From positions 3,472,001-3,536,000 of the forward strand of contig JBLDXI010000029.1 of the NCBI GenBank assembly GCA_047495785.1: a DNA stretch of 64,000 bases, in the 5' to 3' direction. The DNA is from Lepidodermella squamata. Taxonomy: Eukaryota; Animalia; Gastrotricha. The notes beneath the pieces were generated by a model. It worked only from the letters and a program-made list of their open reading frames with translations. It had not been told where the DNA came from and did not search any database. How positions within the stretch are numbered: position 1 is the stretch's first letter; each line of letters begins with the position of its first letter. The translations under genes were made by a program, and so were the position numbers. This document shows positions 39,825 to 52,200 of the stretch, piece after piece.

Positions 39825-42800
39825 TCACTCGTGCGCAGGGCACGGCAGGTCATAAAAATCCCGATAGAAATCGGGCTCTGCGGCTTTCAGTTTCGTTAAC
39901 TGCGCCTTCAGCTTGTAAGCCTCATAGACAGGAAGGCCGCAGTCTAGAAATTTTTCCAGGCCGAGAAAGGCTCGGAACGTTGTGATTTTATTTTGTACAT
40001 ACTTCTTCTTGAACGTAAACCGTTCGTCGATATACTGGAAAAAATCTTTCTTCGATTTTATAAGCTTGTCAGCCTTAAGGCACTTGTAAATTTTTTCAAA
40101 TGCCTCGCCCATCAGCGATTCCTGTCTCAGGTGAAGTGATTTCAGATGAGCGGAAACCCGCTCCATGTTAGCGATGATCACAACTAAGCTTTCCGTGTCG
40201 TTGACGCCGTCGGAGTCCACGACGCCAACGTCGAAGGCCGTTTTAGTGGACCGGGTTTCCAGAAGAAGCCGTTTGAGTCCACTGATGGTACTGACATCGT
40301 ACTTCGTACCATTCGCCTGTCAAATCAAACACATGGTAATTATAATGAGGGTTTAAATACTGGGTTTAAATACCTCGAAGAAGTCAAGCGGCGTCCCCGC
40401 TTTTTTACGCGGTGTCTTGCTCGCCTTTTTGCCGTCTTCTTTCGTTTTAACGCTGTCAGAGTTAGCGCAATTCGCGGCCGCGCCGGCTTTTCTATGACCG
40501 ATTTTTCGACCGCCAGGAATGTCATGCTCCGTGACGAATTTGCGCACAGCCTCGATGAGGTTTTGCTGACGTTTGCTGCCGCTTTTAGGAAGATGGGAGC
40601 ACTCAGCAACGAATTGAACGGCTTTAGCCAGTACTTCAGGCGCATAACCGTCACCGACAGCTGGAAAGGAAAGTAAGTGGAACAGAAAATTCAAACTCGA
40701 TCCGATTTTTGCAAATCAAGTGTCATTTTAACAGGCGCAAAATTCTCCACAAACGCAGTCTGGTTGACAAATGAACCCCAACGATAGCGTTGAGCGCGCT
40801 CAAACGAACGCTATTCACAAGCTAATAATATTACGCAGAGTCGTGCGCGCGCTAGTGTGTGCGAGGTTACGTCTAGTAATGAAAATTTGTTAATTATTCG
40901 CATTTATTGGAGCCAGTTAACAATAACCGCTGCTGAATCAGGCGTTGTCAGGCGAATCGAGCGCATTTCGAATGGAAACGTTGTGATGTACAGCCGCGGA
41001 GATACACGTCAGAAACCAGTTTTGACGCACACACGCACCACAAAAGTGGTTCGGCTACGAACCATTTCTTTGGAAAATCACAGAAAAATCAATTTCGATC
41101 CGATTTTTGCAAATCAAGTGTCATTTTAACAGGCGCAAAATTCTCCACAAACGCAGTCTGGTTGACAAATGAACCCCAACGATAGCGTTGAGCGCGCTCA
41201 AACGAACGCTATTCACAAGCTAATAATATTACGCAGAGTCGTGCGCGCGCTAGTGTGTGCGAGGTTACGTCTAGTAATGAAAATGTGTTAATTATCCGCA
41301 TTTATTGGAGCCAGTTAACAATAACCGCTGCTGAATCAGGCGTTGTCAGGCGAATCGAGCGCATTTCGAATGGAAACGTTGTGATGTACAGCCGCGGAGA
41401 TACACGTCAGAAACCAGTTTTGACGCACACACGCACCACAAAAGTGGTTCGGCTACGAACCATTTCTTTGGAAAATCACAGAAAAATCAATTTCGATCCG
41501 ATTTTTGCAAATCAAGTGTCATTTTAACAGGCGCAAAATTCTCCACAAACGCAGTCTGGTTGACAAATGAACCCCAACGATAGCGTTGAGCGCGCTCAAA
41601 CGAACGCTATTCACAAGCTAATAATATTACGCAAAGTCGTGCGCGCGCTAGTGTGTGCGAGGTTACGTCTAGTAATGAAAATTTGTTAATTATCCGCATT
41701 TATTGGAGCCAGTTAACAATAACCGCTGCTGAATCAGGCGTTGTCAGGCGAATCGAGCGCATTTCGAATGGAAACGTTGTGATGTACAGCCGCGGAGATA
41801 CACGTCAGAAACCAGTTTTGACGCACACACGCACCACAAAAGTGGTTCGGCTACGAACCATTTCTTTGGAAAATCACAGAAAAATCAATTTCGATTTGAT
41901 TTTTGCAAATCAAGTGTCATTTTAACAGGCGCAAAATTCTCCACAAACGCAGTCTGGTTGACAAATGAACCCCAACGATAGCGTTGAGCGCGCTCAAACG
42001 AACGCTATTCACAAGCTAATAATATTACGCAGAGTCGTGCGCGCGCTAGTGTGTGCGAGGTTACGTCTAGTAATGAAAATGTGTTAATTATCCGCATTTA
42101 TTGGAGCCAGTTAACAATAACCGCTGCTGAATCAGGCGTTGTCAGGCGAATCGAGCGCATTTCGAATGGAAACGTTGTGATGTACAGCCGCGGAGATACA
42201 CGTCAGAAACCAGTTTTGACGCACACACGCACAACAAAAGTGGTTCGGCTACGAACCATTTCTTTGGAAAATCACAGAAAAATCAATTTCGATCCGATTT
42301 TTGCAAATCAAGTGTCATTTTAACAGGCGCAAAATTCTCCACAAACGCAGTCTGGTTGACAAATGAACCCCAACGATAGCGTTGAGCGCGCTCAAACGAA
42401 CGCTATTCACAAGCTAATAATATTACGCAAAGTCGTGCGCGCGCTAGTGTGTGCGAGGTTACGTCTAGTAATGAAAATTTGTTAATTATCCGCATTTATT
42501 GGAGCCAGTTAACAATAACCGCTGCTGAATCAGGCGTTGTCAGGCGAATCGAGCGCATTTCGAATGGAAACGTTGTGATGTACAGCCGCGGAGATACACG
42601 TCAGAAACCAGTTTTGACGCACACACGCACAACAAAAGTGGTTCGGCTACGAACCATTTCTTTGGAAAATCACAGAAAAATCAATTTCGATTTGATTTTT
42701 GCAAATCAAGTGTCATTTTAACAGGCGCAAAATTCTCCACAAACGCAGTCTGGTTGACAAATGAACCCCAACGATAGCGTTGAGCGCGCTCAAACGAACG

Positions 42801-44820
42801 CTATTCACAAGCTAATAATATTACGCAAAGTCGTGCGCGCGCTAGTGTGTGCGAGGTTACGTCTAGTAATGAAAATTTGTTAATTATCCGCATTTATTGG
42901 AGCCAGTTAACAATAACCGCTGCTGAATCAGGCGTTGTCAGGCGAATCGAGCGCATTTCGAATGGAAACGTTGTGATGTACAGCCGCGGAGATACACGTC
43001 AGAAACCAGTTTTGACGCACACACGCACCACAAAAGTGGTTCGGCTACGAACCATTTCTTTGGAAAATCACAGAAAAATCAATTTCGATCCGATTTTTGC
43101 AAATCAAGTGTCATTTTAACAGGCGCAAAATTCTCCACAAACGCAGTCTGGTTGACAAATGAACCCCAACGATAGCGTTGAGCGCGCTCAAACGAACGCT
43201 ATTCACAAGCTAATAATATTACGCAAAGTCGTGCGCGCGCTAGTGTGTGCGAGGTTACGTCTAGTAATGAAAATTTGTTAATTATCCGCATTTATTGGAG
43301 CCAGTTAACAATAACCGCTGCTGAATCAGGCGTTGTCAGGCGAATCGAGCGCATTTCGAATGGAAACGTTGTGATGTACAGCCGCGGAGATACACGTCAG
43401 AAACCAGTTTTGACGCACACACGCACCACAAAAGTGGTTCGGCTACGAACCATTTCTTTGGAAAATCACAGAAAAATCAATTTCGATTTGATTTTTGCAA
43501 ATCAAGTGTCATTTTAACAGGCGCAAAATTCTCCACAAACGCAGTCTGGTTGACAAATGAACCCCAACGATAGCGTTGAGCGCGCTCAAACGAACGCTAT
43601 TCACAAGCTAATAATATTACGCAGAGTCGTGCGCGCGCTAGTGTGTGCGAGGTTACGTCTAGTAATGAAAATTTGTTAATTATCCGCATTTATTGGAGCC
43701 AGTTAACAATAACCGCTGCTGAATCAGGCGTTGTCAGGCGAATCGAGCGCATTTCGAATGGAAACGTTGTGATGTACAGCCGCGGAGATACACGTCAGAA
43801 ACCAGTTTTGACGCACACACGCACCACAAAAGTGGTTCGGCTACGAACCATTTCTTTGGAAAATCACAGAAAAATCAATTTCGATCCGATTTTTGCAAAT
43901 CAAGTGTCATTTTAACAGGCGCAAAATTCTCCACAAACGCAGTCTGGTTGACAAATGAACCCCAACGATAGCGTTGAGCGCGCTCAAACGAACGCTATTC
44001 ACAAGCTAATAATATTACGCAGAGTCGTGCGCGCGCTAGTGTGTGCGAGGTTACGTCTAGTAATGAAAATTTGTTAATTATCCGCATTTATTGGAGCCAG
44101 TTAACAATAACCGCTGCTGAATCAGGCGTTGTCAGGCGAATCGAGCGCATTTCGAATGGAAACGTTGTGATGTACAGCCGCGGAGATACACGTCAGAAAC
44201 CAGTTTTGACGCACACACGCACAACAAAAGTGGTTCGGCTACGAACCATTTCTTTGGAAAATCACAGAAAAATCAATTTCGATCCGATTTTTGCAAATCA
44301 AGTGTCATTTTAACAGGCGCAAAATTCTCCACAAACGCAGTCTGGTTGACAAATGAACCCCAACGATAGCGTTGAGCGCGCTCAAACGAACGCTATTCAC
44401 AAGCTAATAATATTACGCAGAGTCGTGCGCGCGCTAGTGTGTGCGAGATTTCGCCAAGTAATAATATTTTTTTTCAATTATTCGCACTCATAAACAATAA
44501 CCGCAGCTGAATCAGGCGTTGTCACGCGAGTCAAGCGCATTTCGAATGGAAACGATGTGATGTACAGCCGCGGAGATACTCGTTAAAAAACCAGTTTCGA
44601 AGTGGCCAGGAACCATTCATGGCGTTTTTGGTGTTCATCATATTTTGTAACCCCATTAATAGAAATGAATTAACTAAGTTGAATCGTCACAGGAAACTAA
44701 CGTACCATTCGAAATTTCGCCATCTTCGACGGTGTTGGCCTCCGATCCTCCCGCCTCGCTGTCAGTCTCCATCATCACCTCATCATCACTTTCATAGTTT
44801 TCGGACATCGATTCGCTCAT
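39825..44820 (-). CDS. 297-aa accessory protein: acidic N-terminus, Lys-rich NLS-like middle, helical C-terminal domain (exons 44820-44706, 40660-40374, 40316-39825)
   Basis: Donors G|gtacgt and GAG|gtattt and acceptors ttccag and tgacag are phase-compatible, giving one open frame. Confidence 0.72.
40683..44600 (+). repeat. Tandem array 3, 398-bp unit, ~9.8 copies
   Basis: Equivalent positions at 40857, 41255, 41653 ... 44041 (period 398). Confidence 0.98.
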
Positions 44821-45792
44821 TTTCAAACTGCTCTATAATAGATTTAAATTATTTTATAAAATTGTTATTTAGTCGATAATGGACCAGTGAAACAACAAGT
44901 GAAACAACAGTAGAAATGCGCCAACAGAAAACGGTCATACAGTGCTGACTGCTACGTGTCTTTAATTTTCATCCTGTCGTGCAACAGCTGACTCTCAAAC
45001 AAATTTAATCTCAGCCCATATCAGCATGAACAGTCTTGCAGTCTTGTGGAACAGACTCAGCTGGCCCCAATTTTCCTGAGAGATTAGATGTCTGCAGTCC
45101 AGCTGTTGCTTTTGGTCCTAATTCTTTGCTCTAGTTCTTCTTGCTCGACTGGAGCATTCGTTACCTGTCCAGGGTGAAAGCCGGCGAAAGCTCTTTGTAG
45201 CTTTATAGCGAAGAAACAAACATGCTGCAAAGAAATAGCAAAAGGCTAAAAAATGCTTACACATGACACAACAGCCGTGATATATTAGAAAACAACATTT
45301 TTCTACATAATCGACATGAAGGCTGAATGAAGTACTGATTCCTGAAAGCATTTCCAGCTCCTGCAGATCGTTTATGCCTCCATCCAATTGTTAACTCTGT
45401 TCAACTGCCCTCCCTGACATATACAATATCAAGATATATCAATGTCTGGGCCTTTTAGATATTGTCGATTATAGACTGATCCTATTTGCTTACCATGCCT
45501 CCTGCGAAACTAAATGACCAAAATGCAAAACGCAATGCCTCGACGACTTCTGGTGCTCCTGTTGCCGATGCCACTACGAGTCAATCAACTTACTTGCACC
45601 CGGTACTTCGATTGCAAGACAATCGAATTTCACCCAAAAAACGCAACAAATTGTAGAAACAACGTTTCACAGATGGCAGCTACTATTCAGTATTCAGTTA
45701 CAAGCTTTCGCATCTTCAGCCATCATAAACTCAACTTGAGACTTGAGACTTACTGTTGTTCTCTTTGTTTTTAGATCTTAATTTCATCAATT

Positions 45793-46065
45793 ATGACGCA
45801 TTCCGCTGATGACTGCAATACAGATACTCCTACACCTACTACTGCTCGACCTATTCCACCAAAGCTGAACCATGATGACTCAGGAATAATGTATCTTAGA
45901 GGATTCCAGCACCTCAGTGAGCCTTACGACAGCTATCTCGTCAAGTATTGCTCCGGGAAAGAAACCAAATATATGCCTCTCTTGCACCACGTTTTTCTTG
46001 CCAGCACTGAGGTTTCGCCGTGGAAGCTTTTCTACACGACACACAGCCCCAAACCGAGTTCCTGA
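45793..46065 (+). other. Mini-ORF made of three scrambled Rep-derived peptides
   Basis: LNHDDSGIMYLRGFQHLSE, SYLVKYCSGKETKY and SPWKLFYT match the RepHel segments LNHNSSDMLYRRGFEHISE, SYLVKYCAGKEVRY and SPWQLFYT. Confidence 0.7.
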
Positions 46066-46278
46066 AGCTTTTTGTCTTTAATAAACTGGCTTAATAACTG
46101 GCTGTCATTAATAAACGTTACACTGTTCATCCCTGCGTGCTATAGTTTCAAATAAATATTCATCTAACTGATAAAATATATCCTAATGCTGATGACATTG
46201 TTATCTTCATCCATTGCCTTTGCATTTGCCTTTGTCCTTCAAATATAGATATATTTGATACAATATATAGATATAACA

Positions 46279-49200
46279 ATGTCTCGAAAAGACCCTTTCA
46301 AACCGCGTAAAGGCAATAGGACTTGCACTTGCAGCATCAAGGGATGTGGCCAAATTGGAGTCGATAGGCGGACACATTGCTATGTCTGTGAGAAGCATCA
46401 TGAAAAGCCGTTTTGTCGCATTTCTACACCCGTGTTGAACGATCAAACACCTGCCACGTCCGTTCCTCACGTTGAATCTACTCATTCATGTATTAACTTT
46501 ACAATCAGCCGTACATATTTGAATTTTTGTAGCTTTAGCTGCTACCGCGATCCCGCCAAGGAGATCATATGCTGAAGTGTTGACAGCACATCAATGCCCC
46601 GATAGTTCTCCAAGCGCTGAAAAACTCATGCGCCCTGATGGCCGCAACTCTGCATCATATCTAAATCCTGAAGATTCAAGTTACTTTCTGGCTTGCAGGA
46701 AATTCAAAGATACAACTTTATTTTTACTATTTTAGCCATTACCACTGCGCATTTCGATGATTGCGGCGAAGCCGTTCCTAATGAAGCGCTGCCGTCCTCA
46801 AGCTTTTCGTCCTCTTCTAACACGGAGTGGTTACGCGAAGCAGCAAGGCTCAACCATCTGCAGCTTGTCGACAATGTTGGCAGGGGTGATTGCCAGTTTT
46901 TATCCGTCAGTGATGCTGCAAGGCAGCATGGGTTCAAGTACTCCTTCCTTGAATTAAGGAAGCTGGCGCAACAGCAGCTGCTCACCCGCGCGTATGACTC
47001 TTTTATCGCGCCTGACCCGTTAGTCCTTCAACAAGCGAGAAATAATGGGCAGCCATTGCCTTCGACCACTCCTGATGAGCTCGTACGACGTATAGCTCTG
47101 CCTGCTGCCGAGAATGGAGACTGGGGTGACAACGTTTCCCTCCGGGCACTGGCGGATAGCTTAAATGTCACAATAGCATTATTCGACTCCGAAAACAGGT
47201 TTACATTGCAGCGCTTTGGCAGTGTTGGTCCGACTCTCTATATTGGTAGAGATCATTTGGCTTCGCATTATGTGGCTATGCTGAGAGACGAAACGCCCAT
47301 GTTTCAACTTTCTTCTTCCGTCGACAACCGATCAACAACTTCTGTGATAGACGAAGTTGGAAGAGATTCTACTAATAACATCTCTTGCTTCGAAGCGGGA
47401 ACTTCGTCAATTCAAACAACTGGCGCGGCCTCCTTTTCTGCTGGGCAGCCCATTAGCCCACCAAACTTAGGAATAAATTCTTCCAAAGTTACATGTCAGT
47501 CAAATGGAAATAGCAACCACAATCCTTCGCGTCATAAAAAATCAGGTCAGTTTCATATTTCGGCCTTTATTAATTCCTTCGTCAATGCACTTTTATAGAT
47601 GAAATTGCCGCAATTAATGAAGACCAAGATCTTCCTCCTTTGTCTCCTACTGAAATATCATCCACTTCACTCAGTCGCAGGCGCGCAGTCGCAGTCGCAG
47701 GCGCAGTCCAGTCTCAAACTAGAAAAGAAGTTGGCCCAACCAGATCAACAACTTCTTCAAAAATGAGTAACCAGGATCGTATTACTGCGGACACAACCAG
47801 TAAGTCTTCCACCTACTTAACAATGTCAATTTTTAGTTCAGTCGTTATTAATGCTCATAATAAAGCTACTTCAAAACAAGATGCTGCCTCTGATCAACCT
47901 CAGTGTTCTCTATGCAGAAGAAACGCTACTTCTTTTTATCCTCTGGCACTACAGATAATCTGTGAGGAAGTAACGGTGAAGAAGTACGGTGCACTAGCTC
48001 TGCGATCGAAACATCGAAACCTTGTTTTGTGCAACTGCTGCGAACTTCATTTGCTGAAAGAAAACAAAGCGCTGTCGTTCGAGGACGCGTGGCCTGCGGT
48101 ATTGTATTCTATTTTTTTCGACGACAAATATCGGGAGGTAGCTGAACACCTCAAGCACATTGTTCCTTCGACGATACGGCAATCTTGGGCTGTTGAAATT
48201 GGCAAAACAGGGCGCGATCTTATGACAGCAGAGGAGCCTTACTTCACTGATGTCAGCGATTACTATCACAACATGGAGGAGCGAGCTTACCGATCTGCTG
48301 GTATGAAAGCATTGCATCTTTATTTTTAAAAGCATATCCCTTTCATACAGGTGCGTTTCGACGTCAGATGGACGACTTTTGTTGCCCCCAGGTGAAGTGT
48401 GCTCTTGGGTGCTGGAACTGGCCTGAGTTTTGTCGCAAGATCCCGGTCAATCACCTAATTAACCACCTTACACGCTTGCGCATCGGCAACTCTAACCACC
48501 GGTTGCTAACAGCTGCCCGACGTGACTATCCGAATAAACCTAGCATATTTCGCGGCTGGAAAATTTCGCCTGCAATGGTCGTCGACAGATCACTCGGCTT
48601 ATGCTTTCTTGTATGTGATGGTCATAACGACGCTGAATTGAAGAAGCGATTTTTTCACATTCCGATAAATCCCGCTCACGACGACACTCTTCCACAACAG
48701 CTCGAAATCGTTGCACCGGTTGTTACAAGTCCGAACATTGTTAGAAAAGGCAGACTTGGTACGTACTCCTCATCAGTTCCAGTAGTTTCAGTCGTTGGCG
48801 GGTATCAAGGATTGAGTAGCTTTACTATGTCCCCGACGGTGAACACTCCACCGATCAGTGGCGATTCGATAGCACCGCAATTGATGGCTGCTTATCTACG
48901 TCCAGAGATTCAGCGAAGCTTTGCAGCAAAATGTGATATATTTCATGTTTCGACTCTATTGGCTGCCTTCCAATCCCAATATGACGCTCTGAAATCGCTA
49001 GCCGATGCGGCGCTGGAAGGAGCAACGTTTATGGATGTAGCGGATGCTTTTCATACGTGGGCCATAATCCGAAAGGACGCAGTCGGGCCTAGTGGCGCTG
49101 TTCCAAATAACAACAACGACTTGAATAAGCAGTCTATCAAAGAGCTTATTATTAACGCTGTCCACAACGCTGACGATTTCGGCATGAGACCCACGGCTGT

Positions 49201-52200
49201 AAAGCTCCGCTCTCCTAACGAAAGGGTTTCACTGTTTCAAAATATATTAAATGCATTGCTCCACTGTCGACCAGTGCATAGAAACGCGCTTTCACATCAT
49301 GTAACATCAAGCGGATTTCGAATCGGGAATTTGCCCTCCATCAAACTTCTATCTATGGCTTCGTATATTTCTGCCGATCAGCCGACAGCGATAAATGCAC
49401 GGGCCTTTAGCAACCAGCTCTGGCTGGCAAACGATGAACACAAAAATACCGTGGACAACACGCTAAATATCTTGACATCACTCTGTCCAAAAATAGTTGA
49501 TGACGAATTGAATCATACTGGCAGCGAAATCATCGACGTTCAACTGCGCATTGGGATAGACGAGTCTTCGCAACAACGCATTTCCAGGAGCACTTCCAGA
49601 CAAGGTACTATTCTACGTTTCATTGATATAGCGCCCTTTTCACGTCCATGCAACTTATTGATAGAATATTACTTTTCTGCATGCATACATCTCACCGTCT
49701 TTATTTCTCTCTCCGTCAGGTTCAAGCAGTCATCTGGTTGTCAACATCAATGATGAGGAGATCGCTTTGTCATCATACAAGCCAAACGCCGATATCACTT
49801 TCTGCAAGGCTGATTCTTCTCAAAAAATTTCTACTTCCAACTTTCCTCTTTACGTCAATGGTTCGCATCTTCTGTACTTACAAATCGAGTTACCTCGCTC
49901 TGATGGCGATCGTCCTGCAAGCAAGGTCCTGATGAGGTGGAACGGCGACTTTAATGGTTGGTGGTCGATCAACTGCAACGGTGATGTTACCAAAGAGACA
50001 CAACTATCCGCTGTTACTGGGAATGTTTTGTACGCGATTTATGCCACACCTGGCGACAGGTCTTTTGAGCACCGAGCAATACTGTCATCAATTGGTGGTC
50101 AACGAATTGCTGTCTGCAAATCTCATGTACTTAAACACGATGGCAACGGTTTTATCAAAGTGCCGCGACAACTAGCCGTTAAATGTTGCGCAATTTTGCG
50201 ACGCGGACGACGTCCTTTACAGTGTGGGAAAATGGCGTATCTCAGGTGTCCAGATGGTATTCAGCATGGCCTAACCTGCCAGTCAGGCATCTGCAACGAC
50301 TGCTATGGCAAATTATCTCGGGACAAGTCGCATCGAATAGGTCAGCCGTCAGCCGTCAGGGCTAAAAATTACCGTCAACGCCGTCGGCAATTGACGGACG
50401 ATGAAGACGGCGTTGATCCGAGCATTTCCATTGAAGAAGAAAGACGGCTGCGAGGCGAGCCGGAACTTGAAGACCCACTGCAAGTAGAACCTTTGCCGGT
50501 GGTTTGGAACGAAGATTGCCAAACGGATAACGATGTTTTGTTGAACGAAGTTATCGACCAAGAAGAAGCTCTTCCGTCCACAATGACGTTAACAAATCCC
50601 CATTCTAAGATTCCCAGTAAGTATCTGCTTACAAATTATTTTCGTATACTGGAGCGAAGGCGTGCTCCACATCAAAGTGCACGTTCTCATTTTCTGCTGC
50701 AACAAATCGTACGTGCGGGAAATGCACCCGCTTCATCACTGCTATTCCCGGAGGCTAACACTCTGCCATCGATATTTTACAATTCTTACAAAAAATCAGT
50801 CCCTGGAGCTTTACCTCACCACCTGTATTGTTCGCCGGATTCTAACAAATTTCGTGGTATTGCTAGCTTGAGTGCTCACAACAAAGTGCGAGTAGCTGAC
50901 GGTGATTTAGCATCGTCGAGAACTTGGCAATCTCTTCACTGGGCTTTTGACACTACCGTTGCTGAGAAACTCAATCACAACAGTTCCGATATGTTGTATC
51001 GTCGAGGATTCGAGCACATTAGCGAACGAGGCGGATTTGGTATCGATGCCGCTCAAACTGCCCTCGAGTATGATGATTTCGACTCGTCGCGCAAAATCAA
51101 GGAGCTTGCGGCGACTATGAAGGCGTCCCCCTGGCAACTGTTCTATACATTTACTGCCAACGACAGAGGCTCTCCGGGTTTGAGGCCATTCATCAATCGT
51201 TTGAAGATTGCTTCTCAGCTGACAACACCAGCCACTGCCGAAGACAGAACCAATTACACCTTGAAGCAGCGTGAAGTTGATGCCTTGGAAATAGATGACA
51301 AATTGTTCCAGCAGCTCTACGAGTCTAATTTCTTTCTTATCAACAGCATTTGGCGGCGAACTATCTATCACGCGATTCGGTTCATTGAAAAAAGCCCGTC
51401 TAAGTTGTTGGGAGAAATCGACTCGCATTTTTCTCGTATCGAATTCCAAAGTCAAGGATCGCTGGGGAACAAATGCCATGTACATGGTGGTGTGTCAGTA
51501 AAAAGCCGTGACGGCGACGAACCCGTATCTCATAAGATTTGCCTTGATCCTGATCTGTTCTTTTCCGAACAATTCGGCACTGATTACGATTCCTTGCTGA
51601 AGGATGGCCTCGTCGAGGACTATGACGACTTCGAAGATCTTCGAAAGTTTATGGCCGTTGTTACGCGTCACGTTTGCTCCAATGCTGGTGAAAGGTGCCT
51701 TAAGCAGCGAGGCGAGAACGGCGAGGAGATATGCAGAGTTCGAGCACACCCGAACAGCGAAGAATACTGGTACGAAGAAAAGCTCGACCTATATGAGGAA
51801 TCGGTGTATGAGAAACTTGAGTCTTGTGGTTTAGCTGAACGTATCCCTGACTCTGCTGAGGGTCATGTCAAATGGCGATTAAAGCATGACAAACTAAAAG
51901 CAGGCGTTCATCATTATCCTCTTCGCAACCAAGAATGCGGCGTTAAAATGTTGCCTACAATACCTCTTTTCGCCATCATGATGCGCTGTTCAAGCAACAT
52001 TCAAGCGTGTGACGAACGTTTCATGGTTAGCTACCTCGTCAAGTACTGTGCCGGAAAAGAAGTACGATACAACCCATCCGTAAAAGCTACCAAACACGTG
52101 AGTGAAGTTGTTATTGATTCGGCTAAAGCACCTTTGCCCAATCTAAAAATTACTGGCGTCGCTCTTAACGAAGAAAAGCGTCAAAAAGCGCTCACTAACG

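Noticed and set aside
40857-44313. Nine repeated 90-aa ORFs
   Set aside because: They start at GTG, simply follow the 398-bp period, are broken by TAG in the 390-bp variant, and lie antisense within a predicted intron.
34226-44600. CRISPR-like array or rDNA/snRNA repeat
   Set aside because: There are no unique spacers or cas genes, and I recognise no 5S, tRNA or snRNA motifs. An Rfam search would be needed to exclude a structured RNA fully.
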